Shown: piece by piece, positions 16,688 through 23,456 of the stretch | How the letters are laid out: every line of letters starts with the position of its first letter | Numbering within the stretch: the stretch's first letter is position 1 | Virus record (IMG/VR): IMGVR_UViG_3300027759_000002 | Coordinates: 1 to 64,000 of that record | Direction: 5' to 3' (one strand) | Source: a virus | DNA length: 64,000 nucleotides | Position numbers and translations under genes: made by a program | Notes under the pieces: model-generated | Seen by the model: only the letters and a program-made list of their open reading frames with translations | Database searches by the model: none | Told to the model about the DNA's origin: nothing

Positions 16688-18201
16688 TGGATACACATGG
16701 AATTGTTTTTACTGGTATGGAACGAACTAGAACAATTAGTCGACCAGCTGGTGCAGCAAGATTGAGAACTTTTTTAGAGCCTCATGGATATAACATCGAG
16801 GTCGTTGATTACTTTGGTAACTTCACTGAAAAAGAAATCGAAACAATCTGTGATAGATTTATTGGACCAAAAACTTTGTTTGTTGGTATCAGTATTACGT
16901 TCATATATGCTTTTGATAAATTAAATCATTTATTCAAATATATCAGAGAGAAATATCCACAGGTGAAAACACTGATTGGTGGCAATGAGACACCAATTGA
17001 TGGTGTTGATTTAACACAAGTGGACAGAGTATTTTGGGGTTACGCTGAAGAAGCAGTATTACACTACCTTAAATTTCTAAACAAAAAACGTTTAGATGAT
17101 TTGAAATGGGTACCATACAAAGGAACACTATCTATCAATGCAGAAATGATATATAAAAATGATGATAGTGATTTAACAATTAAATGGTTAGAAAGTGACT
17201 TAATAAAAAACAACTTTTTACCTATTGAAATTAGTAGAGGTTGTATTTTCAGATGCAGGTTCTGTGCTTTTCCATTGTTGGGTAAAAAGAAGAATGACTA
17301 CATCCGAAAAGTTGATAATTTAGCCGCAGAGTTGCGTAGAAACTATGAGATGTTTGGTGTGAATAACTATTGGTTCAATGATGATACATTCAACGACAAT
17401 GTGGTTAAATTGGATTATGTTGCTGAAGCTATTGCAAAGAGTGGTGTTAAAATTACTTACACAGCATTCTTACGGGCCGATTTGATAGAACGTTTTCCAG
17501 AAACAATATCTATGTTAGCAGATACTGGTTTGGTTGCTGCAACATTTGGTTTAGAAACTTTTCATCCTGAAGCGAAGAAGGCCATCGGAAAAGGCCTAGA
17601 TAATGAAAGACAATTTGAAGCAATTCGCAAACTAAAGAAATATAAACCAATCTACACATACACTGGTATGATATGTGGTTTACCTAGTGAACCACTTTCG
17701 AGTGTATATAAAAGTCAGCAGATTTTACTGGATCAAAATTTTGAAGTATTTGATAATTGGGACTGGTGGCCGTTAATTATCAGAAAAAATTCTGTTAGTA
17801 GATTAAGTGAATTTGAAAAAGAATATGATAAATGGGGATACACTGAAATGACTCATGGTGATTATACATTGTCTAAAGACGATAATGATACTAGATATAA
17901 TAATGATGATAGTAATATGATGATGTGGAAAAACAAATATATGAACTATCTTTCCGCAAGAAAAATTGCCACTTTGTTGAATCTAGAAACGGAAGAACAC
18001 CGCATTAAAGCCGGAAAATCCATCTATGGTAATGCTGACAAAGGAGTTAGTATCAACCATGATGTATTTGAATTGGTTGGTATGGGAGTTGATGTGAAAG
18101 ATATCATTGATGGAACGTTTGATAAGTCTTTTTTGAATCAGAAAATCAAAGAAGCGGATCAAACTATTCTTGAATATAAAAATTTAAAGTTAGGAATATA
18201 A
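16684..18201 (+). CDS. B12-binding-type radical SAM enzyme (class B methyltransferase-like)
   Basis: EISRGCIFRCRFC motif, FNDDTF, LRADL, FGLETFH and N-terminal cobalamin-binding-like domain (PAGAARL...VDY...FVGISI...LIGG). Confidence 0.82.
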   Translation: MMDTHGIVFTGMERTRTISRPAGAARLRTFLEPHGYNIEVVDYFGNFTEKEIETICDRFIGPKTLFVGISITFIYAFDKLNHLFKYIREKYPQVKTLIGGNETPIDGVDLTQVDRVFWGYAEEAVLHYLKFLNKKRLDDLKWVPYKGTLSINAEMIYKNDDSDLTIKWLESDLIKNNFLPIEISRGCIFRCRFCAFPLLGKKKNDYIRKVDNLAAELRRNYEMFGVNNYWFNDDTFNDNVVKLDYVAEAIAKSGVKITYTAFLRADLIERFPETISMLADTGLVAATFGLETFHPEAKKAIGKGLDNERQFEAIRKLKKYKPIYTYTGMICGLPSEPLSSVYKSQQILLDQNFEVFDNWDWWPLIIRKNSVSRLSEFEKEYDKWGYTEMTHGDYTLSKDDNDTRYNNDDSNMMMWKNKYMNYLSARKIATLLNLETEEHRIKAGKSIYGNADKGVSINHDVFELVGMGVDVKDIIDGTFDKSFLNQKIKEADQTILEYKNLKLGI

Positions 18202-18860
18202 TGTTCGTTTATTGCCCACCAAAAGAGATTGCAAAAATTGAATCTCAAACTTTTCCTGACGGGAAAAGATATTATGTCACACCTGATGGTAAAAAGTTAC
18301 CATCGGTGACCACAGTGGTGGGTGCTCAGAAAAAAGAGGCCATCATGGCATGGCGCCGTAGAGTTGGTGAAGAAGTTGCAAACAAAATCTCCAAACATGC
18401 TACATCCCGTGGTACCAATATGCATACCATGTGTGAATATTATTTGAACAATGAAACAAAACCACCAGGCACTGTTATGCCTGATGCCAAAGAGATGTTC
18501 ATATCAATCAAACCACATCTAAACAAAATCAATAATATACACTACCAAGAGGTCGGATTGTGGTCTGCACAACTAGGATTGGCAGGTCGTGTAGATTGTA
18601 TTGGTGAGTATGAAGGTAAATTATCAGTCATTGATTTCAAAACATCAAAGAAGATTAAAAAACGTGAAGATATTTTAGATTATTTTTGGCAATGTACTGC
18701 ATATGCATTGATGTATGAAGAATTGGTTGGTACACCTATTGATGATTTAATTATCATTATGGCTGTAGACAACGAACAACCAATGATTTTCAAAGAAAAG
18801 ACACAAGACCATATTGAAGGTCTAGTTAAAGCAATTGATTATTACCATAAAAACACTTGA
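18201..18860 (+). CDS. PD-(D/E)XK exonuclease of T4-like phages
   Basis: LPSVTTV, RGTNMH, AGRVDC, IDFKTS and QCTAY motifs. Confidence 0.85.
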   Translation: MFVYCPPKEIAKIESQTFPDGKRYYVTPDGKKLPSVTTVVGAQKKEAIMAWRRRVGEEVANKISKHATSRGTNMHTMCEYYLNNETKPPGTVMPDAKEMFISIKPHLNKINNIHYQEVGLWSAQLGLAGRVDCIGEYEGKLSVIDFKTSKKIKKREDILDYFWQCTAYALMYEELVGTPIDDLIIIMAVDNEQPMIFKEKTQDHIEGLVKAIDYYHKNT

Positions 18861-18885
18861 CAAGACTTAGTGATTGTGTTATAAT
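18857..18885 (+). promoter_or_regulatory. consensus sigma70 promoter driving the tmRNA gene
   Basis: TTGACA (18857-18862), 17 nt, TG-T-TATAAT (-10 at 18880-18885). Confidence 0.9.
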
Positions 18886-18891
18886 AAATAA

Positions 18892-19186
18892 TATTACGGT
18901 TGTATGAAGCAACTAGAAAAGTATTCTGGACGGGGGTGCGAATCCCCCCAGCTCCACCAGAAGCACATGTCTTAGATGAAAGAAACCGTTTTACGGGCTC
19001 TAATGGGGTGTGTTTCTGATGGGGCTGCATAGTTTCGACAGGGTAACAAGTATAGAAGTGGACAACTCACCAGAGTAGGTGTAAAAACTAAATCAAAGTA
19101 AACGCAAACGACTCACAGTTCGCATTAGCAGCCTAAACGCCGCTTAGGGTTTCGGTTGGTTTCCTCGTAACAGAATAACCAACCAC
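18892..19186 (+). ncRNA. ssrA: circularly permuted (two-piece) tmRNA; ends approximate
   Basis: Acceptor piece comes first (T-arm GGGGG-TGCGAAT-CCCCC, then CAGCTCC-A-CCA ending 18959). A 61-nt intervening segment follows. The coding piece starts GGGGCTG at 19021 and pairs 7/7 with the acceptor strand, including G3-U70. Tag frame 19104-19136 encodes ANDSQFALAA*. Confidence 0.93.
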
Positions 19187-19197
19187 TTAATGGAGGT

Positions 19198-19779
19198 ATG
19201 ATGCAGTCAATTTGGTGTAGGAATGAAATTAAAATCGCTGATGAATTGATGGAATTGGCACCAAAATTACGTGATGAATTTTTAGAATATCATAAAGACT
19301 TTCACACCACATTTAAAGGCGGTGTATCATATGCTGCATCAAACCCACATGCTGTTTTGGATGAAAAAGAAAAGAATGATTGGAAGGTTGAAGGCCTACG
19401 TTATGCATTACCTGAACAAAAGGTTGAACATAATTTCTTTTTACAACCAAGAATACGCAACATATTTCCAACCGCATCAACACTAACACAACAGTATATT
19501 GCTCACATTGGTTGTAGTGGTTACAGTGTACTAGAATCAGGTGGTGTTATTAAAAGTCATGTAGACATTGAGAATCGTTCACGCAACACAGTAAGAATTC
19601 ATATACCATTAATTATACCGCAAGGTGATATTGCACTGGAAGTTAATGGTATAAAGCAGGATTGGTCTGACTTATTTGCATTTGATAATGCTGAATTGCA
19701 TAGTGCATATAATAAGACTGATAAGAGGAGACTAATTTATATTATAGATATATCTAAGTCGATTTTGTTTAATAACTAG
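19198..19779 (+). CDS. Asp/Asn beta-hydroxylase family Fe(II)/2OG oxygenase
   Basis: GYSVLESGGVIKSHVD, RIHIPL, FDNAELHSAYN and RLIYIIDI. Confidence 0.85.
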   Translation: MMQSIWCRNEIKIADELMELAPKLRDEFLEYHKDFHTTFKGGVSYAASNPHAVLDEKEKNDWKVEGLRYALPEQKVEHNFFLQPRIRNIFPTASTLTQQYIAHIGCSGYSVLESGGVIKSHVDIENRSRNTVRIHIPLIIPQGDIALEVNGIKQDWSDLFAFDNAELHSAYNKTDKRRLIYIIDISKSILFNN

Positions 19780-19787
19780 GAGTTTTA

Positions 19788-20240
19788 ATGAAAAAATTAG
19801 CAATCGCATCTTTGTTGGCTTTGGCCGCAGTTTCCGCATCAGCAATCGAAGTTGGAGTTACGGCAGTTGGCCAAACTTCACTTAATCCTGACCGTTATGG
19901 TTATGGTGTTACTATTGGTGAAAATTTTGGTGAATATAACCTAACAGCTGGTGTATCACGTTTCTATCGTGAATCTAATGACCAAAATCGTTTCAGTTTG
20001 GTTGCTAGCAAGGATGTTTTTAAAGTAGGACCAGTATCATTGAATGGTCGTGTTGGTTATGCTTGGTTGAATAACAATACAGGTTCAGATGGTTCAGCAT
20101 TGACAGTAGGTGCTGGTGCAAGCGTTCCAGTTGCAAAGAACGTAACTGCTGGTTTGTCAGTAGACCGTCAATATGGCCAAACCCGTGTTGATTCATTCAA
20201 CGGCAACATCGTTACTGCCGGAATCAAAGTAGGTTTCTAA
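19788..20240 (+). CDS. outer-membrane beta-barrel protein (OmpA-TM/Ail/Lom-like)
   Basis: Signal peptide MKKLAIASLLALAAVSASA, about 8 amphipathic strands, C-terminal Phe (GIKVGF). Confidence 0.8.
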   Translation: MKKLAIASLLALAAVSASAIEVGVTAVGQTSLNPDRYGYGVTIGENFGEYNLTAGVSRFYRESNDQNRFSLVASKDVFKVGPVSLNGRVGYAWLNNNTGSDGSALTVGAGASVPVAKNVTAGLSVDRQYGQTRVDSFNGNIVTAGIKVGF

Positions 20241-20244
20241 TACG

Positions 20245-20252
20245 TATAAATA
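20245..20252 (+). promoter_or_regulatory. T4 late promoter (TATAAATA)
   Basis: Exact T4 late consensus in an intergenic region. Confidence 0.7.
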
Positions 20253-20321
20253 AGTATATGGGTTCGGTGGGACCCATTTAAATAATCCACCAACACACTT
20301 ACACAACACAAGGAGAAAACT

Positions 20322-20600
20322 ATGTCAAACATGACACCCTTTGAAATCCGTCTTGAACTATTAAAAATGGCAAGAGACATGTTATATGATTCATACAACG
20401 CAGAACGAGACCGTCTACAACAAGACTGGCACATCAAATGCGAAACGGCAAGGTCTAAAGGTGAAATACCACCTGAACATCCAGGATTGCCGACCATCCC
20501 CTCAGAAACAGACATTATTAGCAAAGCTACATCTTTAAATAGTTTTGTGTCTAATTCACCTGTAGTACCCGAAGTCAAGGTTACCAGAAAAACTACCTGA
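20322..20600 (+). CDS. conserved hypothetical protein of T4-like phages
   Basis: MTPFEIRLELLKMARDML motif; SD AAGGAG. Confidence 0.8.
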   Translation: MSNMTPFEIRLELLKMARDMLYDSYNAERDRLQQDWHIKCETARSKGEIPPEHPGLPTIPSETDIISKATSLNSFVSNSPVVPEVKVTRKTT

Positions 20601-20644
20601 GGATTAAGGGGGGTTATCCCCCTTTACACACACAAGGAGTACCA

Positions 20645-21133
20645 ATGAAGTTTTTATCAACTTTATTATTTTCTTTATCATTATTGATTTTACCTTTAAC
20701 ATCCCAAGAACAAGCAATTCCAATAGAAAGAGTGGTTTCACAGGATTTAAATAAACAATTACTTTGCATGGCCAAAAACATTTACTATGAAGCCGCAAGT
20801 GAATCGTATGAAGGTAAATTAGCAGTAGCGCAAGTAACAATGAATCGTGTGAATAATCCACTTTATCCTAAAACAATTTGTGAAGTGGTATACCAAAAAA
20901 CGGGCAGTACATACCAATTCAGTTGGGTTGGTGAGAATGTCGGTCCTGTTAGAAGTAAGTATGCATGGGAAGAATGCCTAATTGTCGCAAGAAAAGCCTT
21001 GACAGAAAATCACTTACATGATACAATATACAAAACGAAATCAATGTTCTATCATAACACATCGGTAAATCCGGCGTGGAGATTAAAGTATGTTGCAAAA
21101 ATTGGAAATCATCTGTTCTATACGAAAGCTTAA
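20645..21133 (+). CDS. SleB-like cell wall hydrolase (Hydrolase_2)
   Basis: CMAKNIYYEA, AVAQVTMNRV, PKTICEVVYQ, QFSW and IGNHLFY; N-terminal signal-like segment. Confidence 0.88.
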   Translation: MKFLSTLLFSLSLLILPLTSQEQAIPIERVVSQDLNKQLLCMAKNIYYEAASESYEGKLAVAQVTMNRVNNPLYPKTICEVVYQKTGSTYQFSWVGENVGPVRSKYAWEECLIVARKALTENHLHDTIYKTKSMFYHNTSVNPAWRLKYVAKIGNHLFYTKA

Positions 21134-21135
21134 AA

Positions 21136-21357
21136 GTGCCAACAAAAACCGAAATTAATGAATTTAGTGAAATGATTAGTAAAAACGTCAGTGAATTGGG
21201 TGGTACCCATATGGATGCAATCATACATCATTGTGAACAAACAGGCATGGAAGTCGATGTGGCTTCTTCTTTAGTCTCTAGTGCATTGAAAGCAAAGATT
21301 AGAGAAGAAGCACAAGACCTAAACCTATTGAAGAAAAGTTCTAAATTGCCTCTATGA
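21136..21357 (+). CDS. gp33: late transcription coactivator gp33
   Basis: Probable GTG start at 21136; LVSSALKAKIREEAQDLNLLK motif; adjacent to gp59. Confidence 0.8.
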   Translation: MPTKTEINEFSEMISKNVSELGGTHMDAIIHHCEQTGMEVDVASSLVSSALKAKIREEAQDLNLLKKSSKLPL

Positions 21358-21962
21358 CCGAAACGACAGGATTTGAAGCGTATGCCCTATATCAAAGCAT
21401 TAAACTTCATTTTACTTCTGATTCTTACGATTTTTTTCGTTACAACGGAAAGACCAACGTATCAAAGGACAACTTTGCAAACAATAAAGCCAAGTATTCT
21501 TTTTACAAGTTATCACGGAAGTACAACATAGATGAATTACGTACTTTTTATATTGCCAATTTCCTAGAAACCAATGTGAATTGGGTAGGAGATATATGTG
21601 GTATCGAAGGTGAAGAAAACTACAAGAAATGGCAAAAAAGAAACCAGAGCTTGACATACCGATTCGAACAAGATATAATAGGTCTATTCACAGCAACACA
21701 ATCGCCTAATGAAATGTTAGTAGTTGTAGACGGACAATATCCATTGCTGTTGAGAGAGATGACTTATGGCAACATTAACATTGAGACGGTGTGTATACTT
21801 AATGACATTATGAATTTCTTACCAATGTGGAACAAAAAAATAACAGATGATGTTATTTGGCCTACATTGAAAAGAAAAATTGAAAAGTACACACCGTTTC
21901 TTGTTTATGATAAAGATAAGTTTAAGACAATTTTAAAAGAAAGTTTGAGAGAACATGCCTAA
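21354..21962 (+). CDS. gp59: helicase loader gp59
   Basis: GFEAYALYQSIKLHF...YDFFRYNGK pattern; gp33-gp59-gp32 synteny. Confidence 0.88.
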   Translation: MTETTGFEAYALYQSIKLHFTSDSYDFFRYNGKTNVSKDNFANNKAKYSFYKLSRKYNIDELRTFYIANFLETNVNWVGDICGIEGEENYKKWQKRNQSLTYRFEQDIIGLFTATQSPNEMLVVVDGQYPLLLREMTYGNINIETVCILNDIMNFLPMWNKKITDDVIWPTLKRKIEKYTPFLVYDKDKFKTILKESLREHA

Positions 21963-22449
21963 AATTAATTGCATCTACTTGGATATGGATGGCGTTATTG
22001 CCGACTTTGAAAAGAGATACGTTGAATTATTTAAAGTTCAGCCTAGTTCAACCAGAGAATATAAAGAATTCAATAAATTTTTTGATAAGTTTATTGCTGA
22101 TGGACACTTTGAAACACTTGATTTGATGCCTGATGCAATGGATTTAGTTCGTGCATTACGCAATGCATTACCACCAACTCAGATTCTGTCCTCCACAGCA
22201 AGTGAGAAAAGACACAAAGCAATCTCTGAACAAAAGATTAAATGGTTGGAAACGCAGGGTATTGACTTCCAACGTAACTTGGTTCCAGGTAAGGAACTAA
22301 AGAAAAGATATGCAAGAACAGATACGTTAATCATTGATGATACAGAGAGTGTTATTGATGATTGGCGTGCTGCAGGTGGAGTGGCAATCTTACATAAGAA
22401 TGTTGCGGACACCTTGGTACAGTTGAAGTTTATACTTGACGATGCCTAA
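21955..22449 (+). CDS. HAD-family 5'(3')-deoxyribonucleotidase-like protein
   Basis: YLDMDGVIADF, QKIKW and LIIDD motifs. Confidence 0.85.
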   Translation: MPKINCIYLDMDGVIADFEKRYVELFKVQPSSTREYKEFNKFFDKFIADGHFETLDLMPDAMDLVRALRNALPPTQILSSTASEKRHKAISEQKIKWLETQGIDFQRNLVPGKELKKRYARTDTLIIDDTESVIDDWRAAGGVAILHKNVADTLVQLKFILDDA

Positions 22450-22464
22450 ATAATATGATATAAT
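22436..22464 (+). promoter_or_regulatory. sigma70-type promoter for gp32
   Basis: TTGACG (22436-22441), 17 nt, TG-A-TATAAT (-10 at 22459-22464). Confidence 0.75.
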
Positions 22465-22479
22465 GAACTATGTGGACAA

Positions 22480-22512
22480 TCCGTTTATACTCCGTTAATA
22501 TTCCGTTTATAC
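22480..22512 (+). repeat. 3 x 11-nt tandem repeat in the gp32 leader
   Basis: TCCGTTTATAC / TCCGTTAATAT / TCCGTTTATAC immediately before the SD. Confidence 0.85.
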
Positions 22513-22526
22513 TAGAAAGGTAAATC

Positions 22527-23408
22527 ATGGTAGATTTTTCAAATCTTAAAAAAAGTTCAGGCAATCTGGACACATTGAAAGCAAAAGTGGCAGAGCTCAA
22601 CGCCTCCACTGAAGGTAAATCCGATAAAGAAAACTTTTGGCGACCAGAAGTAGACAAAGCTGGTAACGGCATGGCTACGATTCGTTTTCTACCCGCAGCA
22701 GCAGTTGATGGTGAAGATGGTCTTCCTTGGGCTAAGATTTTCGAACATGGATTTCAAGGTCCTGGTGGTTGGTTAATCGACAAGTGTTTAACAACCAAGA
22801 ACCAACAATGTCCTGTATGTGAACACAACAACAAATTGTGGAACTCAGGCATTGAAGCGAACAAAGATATTGTTCGTAAACAAAAACGCAAACTAAGTTA
22901 CATTGCTAACGTTTATATCATCTCTGATCCTAAGCATCCAGAGAACGAAGGACAAGTTAAATTGTTCAAGTTTGGTGCCAAGATTTTTGAGAAGGTTACA
23001 GGTGCAATGAATCCTGCATTTGAAGATGAAACACCAATCAATCCGTTTGATTTGTGGAAAGGTGCTAACTTTAAGTTGCGTATCACTAAAGTTGCGGGTT
23101 ATCAAAACTATGATAAGTCTGAATTCACATCACCATCTGCATTGTTGGATGACGATGAGAAGTTGGAGAAAATTTGGAAGTCACAATTCTCATTGACTGA
23201 GTTGACGGCTGACAAAGAATTCAAGTCTTATGATATGTTGAAAACACGTTTGGATAAAGTACTTGGTTTGAATGATGAAGGTGATGCTCCACGAGCACGT
23301 ACCACAGTTGAACAAGCTAAGGCTGCACCTAAGAAGCCAGTTGAAGTTGATATCGCAGCTACTGATGATGACGATATGGAATACTTTGCCAAGTTGGCTG
23401 AAGATTAA
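22527..23408 (+). CDS. gp32: single-stranded DNA-binding protein gp32
   Basis: FWRPEVDKAGNGMATIRFLP, CLTT...CPVCE zinc site, INPFDLWKGANFKLRI and acidic C-terminal tail. Confidence 0.97.
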   Translation: MVDFSNLKKSSGNLDTLKAKVAELNASTEGKSDKENFWRPEVDKAGNGMATIRFLPAAAVDGEDGLPWAKIFEHGFQGPGGWLIDKCLTTKNQQCPVCEHNNKLWNSGIEANKDIVRKQKRKLSYIANVYIISDPKHPENEGQVKLFKFGAKIFEKVTGAMNPAFEDETPINPFDLWKGANFKLRITKVAGYQNYDKSEFTSPSALLDDDEKLEKIWKSQFSLTELTADKEFKSYDMLKTRLDKVLGLNDEGDAPRARTTVEQAKAAPKKPVEVDIAATDDDDMEYFAKLAED

Positions 23409-23429
23409 ACGATTCTCTGACCGTTTAGG

Positions 23430-23451
23430 CCCCGCTTCGGCGGGGTTTTTT
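23430..23451 (+). terminator. Rho-independent terminator with UUCG loop
   Basis: CCCCGC-TTCG-GCGGGG followed by TTTTTT, between convergent genes. Confidence 0.92.
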
Positions 23452-23456
23452 ATTGG

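Noticed and set aside
18928-18959. Stand-alone tRNA gene
   Set aside because: There is a T-arm and CCA but no upstream D-arm or anticodon arm; the matching 5' acceptor strand lies downstream at 19021, which fits a permuted tmRNA.
18842-19030. Minus-strand 62-aa ORF (...GGAGGIRTPVQ...)
   Set aside because: It is the antisense reading of the tmRNA T-arm and acceptor end, a typical spurious ORF opposite tRNA-like sequences.
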